Notes: generated by a model from the sequence alone, not told the origin. DNA of 36,501 nt from a virus (IMGVR_UViG_3300017909_000121:1-36501), one strand, 5' to 3'; positions 20,075 through 28,088 are shown, numbered from the stretch's first letter. Program-made: numbers and translations.

Positions 20075-20262
20075 GCAATACCACGATCTACAGATAGTTT
20101 AATTAACTTGTAGATAGTTTCTGGTAAAAGAGAATCTATAAATTTATCAGCTTCATGATCTGAAAATCTTAGATCTTTAGGATAATGTTTGAAATGCTCC
20201 TTCTTCACTATCTTACGAAGTCTTTGACGATCCTCGTAAGATAGCTCCTCTGCGTATCTCAT
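20071..20262 (-). CDS. Hypothetical protein
   Basis: 63-aa ORF whose stop overlaps the terL start. Confidence 0.65.
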   Translation of the reverse strand: MRYAEELSYEDRQRLRKIVKKEHFKHYPKDLRFSDHEADKFIDSLLPETIYKLIKLSVDRGIA

Positions 20263-20264
20263 GT

Positions 20265-20366
20265 TTAATTAAATATTAATCCTAAGATTATTAGGACAGG
20301 AACAGCACATACAAATATCTTTGCATTTCTATTGAGGCTATTCCATTTAGTTTTTACCCAATCCAT
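20265..20366 (-). CDS. Small membrane protein (MDWVKTKWNSLNRNAKIFVCAVPVLIILGLIFN), not in the ORF track
   Basis: Hand translation; TAATG coupling to the upstream gene; one hydrophobic segment. Confidence 0.6.
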   Translation of the reverse strand: MDWVKTKWNSLNRNAKIFVCAVPVLIILGLIFN

Positions 20367-20536
20367 TACGCCCTCGCTTTCTTTTTAGCTGTTGCTGATA
20401 GATCTTTGAAATGGACTAAAGGTTTACTAGATGCACTATGTGTTTTGCCTGAATGTAGTTTACCATTAGGCATCTTGTGATATGCACCTTTATGTTCAGT
20501 ACCATTTTTAAAGTAATGCTTTACGCCTTTACCCAT
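20366..20536 (-). CDS. Small basic His/Lys-rich protein (MGKGVKHYFK...HKMPNGKLHSGKTH), not in the ORF track
   Basis: Hand translation, 56 aa; TAATG coupling at both ends. Confidence 0.7.
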   Translation of the reverse strand: MGKGVKHYFKNGTEHKGAYHKMPNGKLHSGKTHSASSKPLVHFKDLSATAKKKARA

Positions 20537-20643
20537 TACTTTTTCTTCTTACTAGCCATGATCTTTTTTTTCAAAGCTGTTGGTAGTTTGTTCTGTTTAC
20601 CCTTTAACTTTTTAGATCCGTTAGTTTTTTTCATTCCATACAT
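20536..20643 (-). CDS. Very basic 35-aa protein (MYGMKKTNGSKKLKGKQNKLPTALKKKIMASKKKK), not in the ORF track
   Basis: Hand translation; TAATG coupling at both ends; AGGAG RBS. Confidence 0.7.
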   Translation of the reverse strand: MYGMKKTNGSKKLKGKQNKLPTALKKKIMASKKKK

Positions 20644-20891
20644 TAACTTACTCTCCTATATGCTCTTGTTTTTGCTGCAATAGATTTAGGTTGTTTAACG
20701 AACTGTTTCCCTTTTCTAGTGCCTTTTCTCTTTGCTCTAGTTGTAGCTGCATATTCACTAGCAGTCAATGACTTGATCGCAGCTTCTGGTAAGTAGCGTT
20801 CACCAGTTTTAGCAGATGGCTTTCCAGATTTAGTTCGCCATTTCTGCTTGGTCCATGCTTTTAGACTTCTTTGTGATTTGGCAAGAGCCAT
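20643..20891 (-). CDS. Small basic protein (W.KQKW.TKSGK...GERYLP motif)
   Basis: 82 aa, Lys/Arg-rich, translationally coupled. Confidence 0.75.
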   Translation of the reverse strand: MALAKSQRSLKAWTKQKWRTKSGKPSAKTGERYLPEAAIKSLTASEYAATTRAKRKGTRKGKQFVKQPKSIAAKTRAYRRVS

Positions 20892-21058
20892 TATTTATAG
20901 CCGCCTCCAGCTTTCTTATAAGCTACAGCTAACATCTGAGCTTTTCTTGCCGACCATTGTCCAGGTTTTCCTCCTTTACTACCAGACTTAATTCTTTGAA
21001 ATATTCTTTTACGCATTGTGGGTTTAGTATAATTACCAGCTTTATTAACTGTACTCAC
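20891..21058 (-). CDS. Small basic protein (GGKPGQWSARKAQML motif)
   Basis: ORF 20891..21079; start placed at the GTG overlapping the upstream stop (GTGA). Confidence 0.7.
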   Translation of the reverse strand: MSTVNKAGNYTKPTMRKRIFQRIKSGSKGGKPGQWSARKAQMLAVAYKKAGGGYK

Positions 21059-21354
21059 CACTTCACCTTGTTTGCCCAATATGCTGCTGACATTGGTCCT
21101 CTCGCAATATTCTTTGCGTGTCTTGCCTTAAATGATTTTCTTTTTGCCTTCATTCTACTTGATTCCCCCTTCTTTGCTTTCCCAGCTGTTCCTGAAACAG
21201 AACCTACCTTCTTTCCTTGTTGTCCAAATCTAATTGTTTTTATTTGTCCACCTGACTTAGCCACCACTATGTGAGATTTAGTCTTATGACCAGGAGTTTT
21301 TTTAGGTTTATTAAAACCACTAACTCCAGCTCTCTTTAATCTAGGATCTGCCAT
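21055..21354 (-). CDS. Small basic protein (IRFGQQG...RKSFKARH...SAAYWA motif)
   Basis: 99 aa, extremely Lys/Arg-rich. Confidence 0.75.
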   Translation of the reverse strand: MADPRLKRAGVSGFNKPKKTPGHKTKSHIVVAKSGGQIKTIRFGQQGKKVGSVSGTAGKAKKGESSRMKAKRKSFKARHAKNIARGPMSAAYWANKVKW

Positions 21355-21463
21355 GATCGAACCTTACTATAAAAAATATTTTTTTGAAGTGCTTTTTTCA
21401 ACTATGGTGTGTGTAAAGGTGGTTATCACTCTGCTGTCGCCCTATTTTCCAACCCCCCTACCT

Positions 21464-21850
21464 TTAGTCTAGATCTATCTTGATAGACACATTTCCTGAC
21501 AAATTATGTTGTACCTTGTCTGGAGCTTTCATTCCGATCCTATCTAATAGATCCTTTGATGCTTCTAGTCTAACATACTCAGACTTACCATTTTGTATAA
21601 GGTGTAGTAATGTTGAGGATGCGTGGATAGAACCTAGACCTAACTTGTTGGATACTTCTTGCATAAGGTATGCTTGGACCTTTGGCAATCGTAGTGTCCG
21701 ACTAGCTATTACTCTACCAGCTTCTCCCTTTGCATATCCAGCTTTTTGACTTGCTTCGGTTATGGTGCAATTACTAGCTACGAGAGTATCGACAAGCAGT
21801 CTTTGTTTGTAAGTTAATGCGTCTTTCTTTGATAACTGTGTTCTCGGCAT
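21464..21850 (-). CDS. terS: Terminase small subunit
   Basis: LTYKQRLLVD...TITEASQKAGY...ASRTLRLPKV helix-turn-helix and SEYVRLEASKDLLDRIG; start trimmed to MPRTQ. Confidence 0.8.
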   Translation of the reverse strand: MPRTQLSKKDALTYKQRLLVDTLVASNCTITEASQKAGYAKGEAGRVIASRTLRLPKVQAYLMQEVSNKLGLGSIHASSTLLHLIQNGKSEYVRLEASKDLLDRIGMKAPDKVQHNLSGNVSIKIDLD

Positions 21851-21855
21851 AACGA

Positions 21856-21885
21856 TAGATACCAAGCCTTCCGTAACCATGTCAA
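21856..21885 (-). promoter_or_regulatory. Sigma70-type promoter for terS, probably leaderless
   Basis: Minus strand TTGACA-18 bp-TATCTA with extended -10 TG, 5 nt before the ATG at 21850. Confidence 0.55.
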
Positions 21886-21911
21886 GTAAAAAATTGTAAC
21901 GAGTTTGCACG

Positions 21912-22192
21912 AACAGTAGAAATCCTAAGATCAAGTATACAATCAAGATTGTACGGATTTCTTGTTATTGCCTATCGGACTGGATGACTGTCCTACAGGG
22001 GATCGAAGTCTCTCTCTCGGATTTTCAATTATGGTAAACGGATGTTGATAGTTCTTGTCAACCCACGAGGGGTAGGGATGCAACAAGATGCCTGGCTTTT
22101 TATTTATCCTAATGCAAGACGATCATCTGGTCGCACCTGACAACAACTATCAAATCCTTTCGATTTGCACTCAAATCAGAAAGGAGTTCAGA
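21912..22192 (+). promoter_or_regulatory. Structured intergenic/leader region between the divergent late and early units
   Basis: Stems 21918-25/21955-62, 21938-44/21947-53, 22040-60/22138-57 and 22155-67/22172-85 (the last covers the AAGGAG RBS). Confidence 0.6.
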
Positions 22193-22438
22193 ATGAACAA
22201 ATATAATTCATATACAATCATGTCAAGGATAGCAGAGGATATCAAGGAGATGATAGAAAAGAAATATCAAATCAAGATGTGGTACGAGGATGTAACACTA
22301 GATGATAAGGATATAGACGGAGTAATAGTATCAGAAGGTGGATCAAGGGATTCATGGGGAATCACAATAGAAACACAAGATGATGATAACAAGGACTATA
22401 CAATGGATATAGGAATAAGAATGAAGGAGGTAAACTAA
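22193..22438 (+). CDS. Hypothetical early protein
   Basis: AAGGAG RBS at 22181-86 places the start at 22193 rather than 22088. Confidence 0.7.
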   Translation: MNKYNSYTIMSRIAEDIKEMIEKKYQIKMWYEDVTLDDKDIDGVIVSEGGSRDSWGITIETQDDDNKDYTMDIGIRMKEVN

Positions 22439-22605
22439 TGGATTATCAAGATAAGATAAACGAAATGCTAGATAAAGCAAAGTATGCTGAACTAGAAGGA
22501 GATCATGAAGTTGCTGAAGCATATAGATCAGAAGCTCAATGGTTATCATTACAGGAAGAACGAGATATAAAAGATCTCAATACAGATGTGGAGGTAGTAA
22601 AATGA
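22438..22605 (+). CDS. Small acidic hypothetical protein (MDYQDKINEM...), not in the ORF track
   Basis: Hand translation, 55 aa; AAGGAGG RBS; TAATG and ATGA couplings. Confidence 0.75.
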   Translation: MDYQDKINEMLDKAKYAELEGDHEVAEAYRSEAQWLSLQEERDIKDLNTDVEVVK

Positions 22606-23120
22606 ATGAATGGAGAATAGAACCTAAAGAACTAATAGAAATCAATGATGCAGCTAATACAGATATGAATATGGTATTCAATCTAATGTATCCAATATTA
22701 CACACACAGTTTATGCAAGGATGGTGCAAAGACAGTATCATGTATGAATGTTTAGGTGCTAAAAGAGGTATGAACATAGCTAGTAGCAGAGCTGATCAAG
22801 CTAAAAGAGCATTAAAAAGAGCTGATGACAATCGTGTAGACAAGAATGAAACAGAGATTGGACAGCAACAAGACTATGACAGAGTAGCTACGTTCAGAGG
22901 ATGGTCAGACTTAAATGACTATTGGACTAACAGATATGATGTATGGTCTACTAAATTTGAACTAATCTATGGTGAAACATGGGAAAAGGCTTTAGAAACT
23001 AAGAACAAAAACAAAGCAACACCATCAACACTAAGACAACCTACAGATGAGGAGCATGAAGAATTTGCAGATAGTATTCTAAATGCAGACATCAATACAT
23101 TGGCTGGTGTGGGGGTATAA
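22602..23120 (+). CDS. Hypothetical early protein
   Basis: GGAGG RBS before the ATG at 22602 (MNEWRIEPK). Confidence 0.75.
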   Translation: MNEWRIEPKELIEINDAANTDMNMVFNLMYPILHTQFMQGWCKDSIMYECLGAKRGMNIASSRADQAKRALKRADDNRVDKNETEIGQQQDYDRVATFRGWSDLNDYWTNRYDVWSTKFELIYGETWEKALETKNKNKATPSTLRQPTDEEHEEFADSILNADINTLAGVGV

Positions 23121-23208
23121 TCCCCCCCCAACAGGAAGGAATGGTGATAGCACCGAATGATTCTAATTCTAATTCTAACAATATATATCATGTACAAGGG
23201 AGGCAGAT

Positions 23209-23520
23209 ATGCAAAAAGAACTATCAATACTGGGATACTTACTAGGTCTAATCAAGAAAGTATTTATGTCAGTAATCAACGGAGTTCAAGGACTTCACTT
23301 TCAAGATAGATCAGAATACATTGGTACATTTGTACTAATATATCTATCACTAGGTGGTGGACTAGTAATGATGTGGATGATACTAGGACTAAATCCTACA
23401 CTAATACTATCAGTAATTGCAGCACCTATTTGGATATTCATTGTATGGGTATCTAACAATCTAACTAAAGCAATCATCAATGATCGTAAAAAAAGATCAG
23501 AATACAAAAGGAAAAAGTAA
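23209..23520 (+). CDS. Hypothetical membrane protein (two TM segments)
   Basis: GGAGG RBS; two hydrophobic stretches and a basic C-terminus. Confidence 0.7.
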   Translation: MQKELSILGYLLGLIKKVFMSVINGVQGLHFQDRSEYIGTFVLIYLSLGGGLVMMWMILGLNPTLILSVIAAPIWIFIVWVSNNLTKAIINDRKKRSEYKRKK

Positions 23521-23648
23521 TGGAAACAATACTAATGACACTAGGTATTATCGTACTTAGTTTGATGTGTTTATCATTTATTCTAAGCATATCAGCAACA
23601 TTCTTATTCTATCGTGCAATAGTAAAACAGGATGAGCAGACTGAATAG
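23520..23648 (+). CDS. 42-aa single-TM protein (METILMTLGIIVLSLMCLSF...), not in the ORF track
   Basis: Hand translation; TAATG coupling. Confidence 0.55.
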   Translation: METILMTLGIIVLSLMCLSFILSISATFLFYRAIVKQDEQTE

Positions 23649-23713
23649 TCTGCGTGTGATACATGGTATCACCGAATCCGACATTTTGACTTTTTTAAAA
23701 AACGGAGGTTTAC

Positions 23714-23944
23714 ATGACAAGATTACCACTACCACAAGATAGTTTCACACAAGATGAACTCGATAGATTTGAGATTATCTATACAAATTACTATGAGCAT
23801 TGTGATACATATCAAGATCTAGAAGATAAATGTGTCAAGCATATGTTACAAGACGGAGTGAAACTAATATACACACAAGAAATCAAAGAGATGGTTAGAG
23901 AAAGGTTTAAAATTGACAACAATCCAGAATACAAAATTCCGTAG
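23714..23944 (+). CDS. Hypothetical protein
   Basis: GGAGG RBS; 76 aa. Confidence 0.7.
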   Translation: MTRLPLPQDSFTQDELDRFEIIYTNYYEHCDTYQDLEDKCVKHMLQDGVKLIYTQEIKEMVRERFKIDNNPEYKIP

Positions 23945-24128
23945 ATGTTTCAGATGTCTAGGACTAGGAGTAATCATAGATTTCAATAATCCAGAAGCAT
24001 CAGATGAATGTGATGTATGTACTGGATCAGGTAAGATCGGAGGGAATAATGAATACCGAAGCATTAAAAATATTAAAAGCAAGATTGTGGGATCAAAGAA
24101 TCAAAGTAAGAGATTGTATAAAAGATAA
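23913..24128 (+). CDS. Small zinc-finger protein with two DnaJ-type CxxCxGxG motifs
   Basis: CFRCLGLG and CDVCTGSG. Confidence 0.6.
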   Translation: MTTIQNTKFRRCFRCLGLGVIIDFNNPEASDECDVCTGSGKIGGNNEYRSIKNIKSKIVGSKNQSKRLYKR

Positions 24129-24294
24129 TACAAGCCCACTTCATGTAGATCTAAATGAGCTAGATGAATTATTTCTTATTGAAAATGAAATGCTAGAGGA
24201 GTTTGAAAAACTAAGAACTGCTATAGCTAAAGACATATCAACTGTAGAAGGTTGGTTAAAACAATTAGAGGAACTTAAATTTGAAACCAGATAG
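24049..24294 (+). CDS. Hypothetical coiled-coil protein
   Basis: GGAGG RBS before the ATG at 24049. Confidence 0.65.
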   Translation: MNTEALKILKARLWDQRIKVRDCIKDNTSPLHVDLNELDELFLIENEMLEEFEKLRTAIAKDISTVEGWLKQLEELKFETR

Positions 24295-24303
24295 GAGGTA
24301 AAT

Positions 24304-24609
24304 ATGAAATGTATTAGACCAGGACATTACCAAGCAACAATACCATATGGTCAAGACCAAGTAATAATTGTGAACATTGTGAAGATTAAATCAAACTTCA
24401 AACACAGTATTATTAAATGGAGATTAACTGTTGATGATAGTGTACTAGGTCCACAAGTCAGAAGCGATTGGGATTCAAAGAACTCAGCTATGACTGTAGG
24501 AAGAAAGGCAGTAGAGAACTTGATGTTTAAAGCTCTAGAAACTAGGATTATCAAGGGTTTTCAACTACCTAAAGACTTTTATGGAAAGGATGAATTATAT
24601 GAAGTGTAA
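24304..24609 (+). CDS. Hypothetical protein
   Basis: AGGAGG RBS; 101 aa. Confidence 0.7.
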   Translation: MKCIRPGHYQATIPYGQDQVIIVNIVKIKSNFKHSIIKWRLTVDDSVLGPQVRSDWDSKNSAMTVGRKAVENLMFKALETRIIKGFQLPKDFYGKDELYEV

Positions 24610-24814
24610 TGCAGAAACATTTAAAGAGTTAATGTGTAAAGTAAATAGAATAGCACCTAATGCAGCAGTGTTATTTGAATCAAGAGTATTTCATGGTACT
24701 CGTGAAGAAGCTGAGTTTCAGAACCATGACTTCGACAAAATTAACAAGATCACTATTGAGTTTGCAGATAATACATACTCAGGTAGAGATGAAATAACAA
24801 TCCATCTTGGATAG
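24599..24814 (+). CDS. Hypothetical protein
   Basis: ORF 24581..24814; start uncertain. Confidence 0.6.
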   Translation: MKCNAETFKELMCKVNRIAPNAAVLFESRVFHGTREEAEFQNHDFDKINKITIEFADNTYSGRDEITIHLG

Positions 24815-24822
24815 GAGGAACA

Positions 24823-25617
24823 ATGCTACCAGCTGAACTAGAATTTGCAGTTCGCAGTGAAGATGTTTTCAATCAACATCAATCACAAATACCTGGATAC
24901 AAGCAGTTAGTTCGTGATGACAGTAATGAACTAATTGCTATCCATAAAAATACATACAGAGTTATTACTCATATGGAAGCCTATGAACTTGCATACGATT
25001 TTCTTCAAGAACACTTTGATACAAATGGTATGGAAGAACAACACAGACATTCTAACAATGGTTCTGTAATGGCTACTAGATTTACTCTACCAGAGTATAC
25101 AGTACCATTCAAAGACACACAGATATCTTTAGAAGCTATCATGTGGAACAGTTACAATGGAATGAGATCGTTTACATTTGATCTAGGTTTCTATCTATGG
25201 CTATGTATGAATGGTCTTAGAAATATACTTTGGGATATCTCATTATCTACACAACACAAAGGTAATAAATCTATTGAGCTTAAACTACCTAATCAGTATC
25301 AAGCTCTAGACAATTTACATACTGTAAAAAATAGTATGGACAAATGGATGGATGAATATGTTGATGATAGTGAGCTTGAGTATCATGTTGATAGACTATG
25401 TCTACAACCAACAAGAACAGATAAAAGCCATGTAAATCAACGACATAAGTCATACATCTTAGATCAATATCATGGTAACTATGCCCAAAAATTTGGAGTA
25501 AATAAATTTAGTGCATACCAAGCAGTAACTCACTGGAGTACACACTACCCTAGTGATTCAGTAAATACTAAGTATGATCGTGAAAGAAAGGTTGCAAACT
25601 GCAAGTGGTTTCACTAA
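24823..25617 (+). CDS. DUF932/DUF945-like protein
   Basis: LVRDDSNELIAIHKNTYRVITH...NSYNG...CMNG...AYQAVTHWSTH motif pattern. Confidence 0.7.
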   Translation: MLPAELEFAVRSEDVFNQHQSQIPGYKQLVRDDSNELIAIHKNTYRVITHMEAYELAYDFLQEHFDTNGMEEQHRHSNNGSVMATRFTLPEYTVPFKDTQISLEAIMWNSYNGMRSFTFDLGFYLWLCMNGLRNILWDISLSTQHKGNKSIELKLPNQYQALDNLHTVKNSMDKWMDEYVDDSELEYHVDRLCLQPTRTDKSHVNQRHKSYILDQYHGNYAQKFGVNKFSAYQAVTHWSTHYPSDSVNTKYDRERKVANCKWFH

Positions 25618-25692
25618 AACAGAATAGAGGGCAGTTATATCATTCTAAATGATCTCCTTCCTCCGCATGGCTGCCCTCATCATGGAGGTATT

Positions 25693-25866
25693 GTGAAAAG
25701 AAAACTAGGTTTTGTACCAGACAAAGAACGTATAATCGTCAGATGTGAAGATTGTTGGCGTAAGTATACAAAATTTATGTCTATAAAAATCGACTGGAAT
25801 CCAGATATTTATAGATGTATAAAATGTTATAACAGGAGGCTTAATGAAAAAGATAAATCCGATTGA
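25693..25866 (+). CDS. 57-aa zinc-ribbon protein (CEDC...CIKC), GTG start, not in the ORF track
   Basis: Hand translation; GGAGG RBS at 25684-88. Confidence 0.65.
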   Translation: MKRKLGFVPDKERIIVRCEDCWRKYTKFMSIKIDWNPDIYRCIKCYNRRLNEKDKSD

Positions 25867-26059
25867 TCCAGGCTATTACATTGGTTCAGACTTTCAAGTT
25901 ATTGATGTAATAGAACAGTTCAAACTAAACCACCATGAAGCAAACATCATTAAGTATGTTGTTCGCAATCGTCATAAGAATCCTGATAATCCAGCACAGG
26001 ATTTAAAGAAAGCTCGGTGGTATATAGATAGGTTAATTAATCAGTATGAAAATAGATAA
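25844..26059 (+). CDS. DUF3310 family protein (T7 gp1.7 / SaV-like)
   Basis: INPIDPGYY...VIDVI...NIIKYVVR...K...QDLKKARWYIDRLI. Confidence 0.8.
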   Translation: MKKINPIDPGYYIGSDFQVIDVIEQFKLNHHEANIIKYVVRNRHKNPDNPAQDLKKARWYIDRLINQYENR

Positions 26060-26372
26060 CATAGTTAAGAACCTAGCTTTTGAAAAACGATTACGACCAA
26101 GAAAAAATACTAAATACAATTTAAATGATCCAGTACAACGCAAGAGATGGTGGATAAAAAAAGTAACATATTTAGCTAGAGTTTGGTTTGATCGTGATAT
26201 AGAATACAAACTGCGAGTAGGTTTGTTGAATGGAGATCCTTCAGCTAAGAGATTAGCTGATGCTCTCTGGAAAAAAAAATCTGATATCGAAGATATAGTT
26301 AAGAGGAAGGTAGATGAATATACAGAATCAAAAGAAAGTTATAGACAGAAAAACAGGAATCGGTGGGAGTGA
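26046..26372 (+). CDS. Hypothetical basic protein
   Basis: 108-aa ORF in the operon. Confidence 0.6.
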   Translation: MKIDNIVKNLAFEKRLRPRKNTKYNLNDPVQRKRWWIKKVTYLARVWFDRDIEYKLRVGLLNGDPSAKRLADALWKKKSDIEDIVKRKVDEYTESKESYRQKNRNRWE

Positions 26373-26922
26373 TGCTACATTACTTGTTGCTGGTAAATGG
26401 AAAGAACTTTATGAAATCAAGAAGGGTATCAAAGAAGAAGATCTTTCATTTGTATTACCAGTACAACTAGGTATACACACCGAATCATTCAATAGAGAAT
26501 GGTTTACAGCACAAACAGATATGCCAGTCAAAGAATGTGATTGGACACTAGTACATAATCCAGTAGATAAGAATGGATCTAAATGGATGATGGCTAACCT
26601 AGATGGTTTTGTGTTGAATCAAGATCTAAAAACTTTAGGTATCTTTGAAGCTAAACATACTAATATGCTGACTAAAGAAGATACTGTTATTGAAAAATAC
26701 TATGCACAGATACAACATTATCTAGTTGTATCAAACTTAAAACAGGCATGGTTATCGGTTATCTTTGGTAATATGAGATGGAAAGCATTTCATATTAAAC
26801 AAGATAAAAAGTTTCAGAAAAAACTTATTAATGCAGAGTATCAGTTCTGGACAAATCACATACAGAAAGATGTACCACCTGATGACTATGTAGATTTTCA
26901 AACATTAGAGGAGGTAATATAA
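26314..26922 (+). CDS. YqaJ / lambda-exonuclease family recombination nuclease
   Basis: RKTGIGGSDA, ANLDG, EAK and YYAQIQHY motifs. Confidence 0.88.
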   Translation: MNIQNQKKVIDRKTGIGGSDATLLVAGKWKELYEIKKGIKEEDLSFVLPVQLGIHTESFNREWFTAQTDMPVKECDWTLVHNPVDKNGSKWMMANLDGFVLNQDLKTLGIFEAKHTNMLTKEDTVIEKYYAQIQHYLVVSNLKQAWLSVIFGNMRWKAFHIKQDKKFQKKLINAEYQFWTNHIQKDVPPDDYVDFQTLEEVI

Positions 26923-27431
26923 TGAATGAAGTTAATGATAATAATGTTAAAGACAAGAATCTGGTTATTTGGAATCAGGCTAAAGAAACTGATCCTCGTT
27001 TCACTAAGAGGGTTTCCTTTGGAGCTAGGAGCTTTACTTCTATTGATGCTCACTATCAAATCAGACGAGCTACAGAGATCTTCGGACCAGTTGGTGCAAG
27101 TTGGGGATATGATGTCAAGTATGATACTCTAACTATGGACAACAAAGCATTTCAATTTGCTGATGTATCTATATGGGTTGGTAAACCTGAATATAAATAT
27201 GGTCCAGTAAGAGGTTGTAATTTATTGGTAGATGCTAAAGGTAGAGTAGATGATGATGCACCTAAGAAGGCATTGACTGATGCTCTAACAAAAGCACTAT
27301 CACATCTAGGATTCAATGCTGATGAATTCATGGGTATGTTTGATTCAAACAAATATGTGAAACAGCTTGAAGAAAAATACAAAGGTAATGTTGATAAATC
27401 AAAAGTACAGGAAGTAACAACTAATGATTAA
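26922..27431 (+). CDS. Rad52/Sak-like single-strand annealing protein
   Basis: IDAHYQIRRATEIFGPVGASW...DDAPKKALTDALTKALSHLG; lies between the exonuclease and ssb. Confidence 0.75.
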   Translation: MNEVNDNNVKDKNLVIWNQAKETDPRFTKRVSFGARSFTSIDAHYQIRRATEIFGPVGASWGYDVKYDTLTMDNKAFQFADVSIWVGKPEYKYGPVRGCNLLVDAKGRVDDDAPKKALTDALTKALSHLGFNADEFMGMFDSNKYVKQLEEKYKGNVDKSKVQEVTTND

Positions 27432-27675
27432 ACAGAAAATAGAAAACTGGGGATCTGATATAGTATCAGAATCTTTGAAAGAATACTATGAAGGCTATGA
27501 TCATTATGAAGTATGTCATAATGTATTTCATGGAATACCTAAATGGAAACGATATACATTAATGTTTTTATTAGGTAAAGCATGGCTAAATGAAGAAGTA
27601 GATCTAGCAGTTCAAGATAAAACTGATGATCTATGTCAAGATCAAGTAGAACGTAGAATAGAAGGAGCATATTAA
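27424..27675 (+). CDS. Hypothetical protein
   Basis: 83-aa ORF in the operon. Confidence 0.6.
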   Translation: MIKQKIENWGSDIVSESLKEYYEGYDHYEVCHNVFHGIPKWKRYTLMFLLGKAWLNEEVDLAVQDKTDDLCQDQVERRIEGAY

Positions 27676-27677
27676 AT

Positions 27678-28088
27678 ATGATTAATAAAGTAATACTTGT
27701 AGGTAGAACTGGTACAGATCCAGAGATCAAGACTATCAAGTCTGGTGAGATGGCTATTATGTCTATCGCTACTACTGAGAAAGTCAGAGATAAAGACACT
27801 CAGCAAATGACTGATAAAACTACTTGGCATAAAGTAGTTACATTTGATCCTAATCTATCAAAGACTATCAAGAACTATGTATCAAAAGGTACTATGTTAT
27901 ACATTGAAGGTCAGATAGATGTATCACAATATACAGATAGTAATGGTAACAAGAGGTATAACACATCAATACTAATACCAAGATATTCTGGTGTTATGAA
28001 GATGTTAGGTGGTAAGAATGATAAGTCTATTGAATCAGTCAATGGTGATGCCTTACCAGATGATGATATACCTGACATACCATTTTAG
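27678..28088 (+). CDS. ssb: Single-stranded DNA-binding protein
   Basis: MINKVILVGR...TTWHKV...KG..LYIEG OB-fold and acidic DDIPDIPF tail. Confidence 0.95.
   Translation: MINKVILVGRTGTDPEIKTIKSGEMAIMSIATTEKVRDKDTQQMTDKTTWHKVVTFDPNLSKTIKNYVSKGTMLYIEGQIDVSQYTDSNGNKRYNTSILIPRYSGVMKMLGGKNDKSIESVNGDALPDDDIPDIPF

Noticed and set aside
2545-21749. Plus-strand ORFs within the structural module (e.g. 2545..2955, 6133..6411, 11525..11794, 15616..16515, 20957..21274, 21480..21749)
   Set aside because: Antisense shadows of well-supported minus-strand genes
21851-22192. N-terminal extensions of terS (to 21946) and of the first early gene (from 22088)
   Set aside because: Promoter and RBS positions favour starts at 21850 and 22193, leaving this interval non-coding
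23111-23126. GGGGG-TATAAT-CCCCC as an intrinsic terminator or promoter
   Set aside because: No U-tract on the coding strand and no convincing -35 element; kept only as a hairpin
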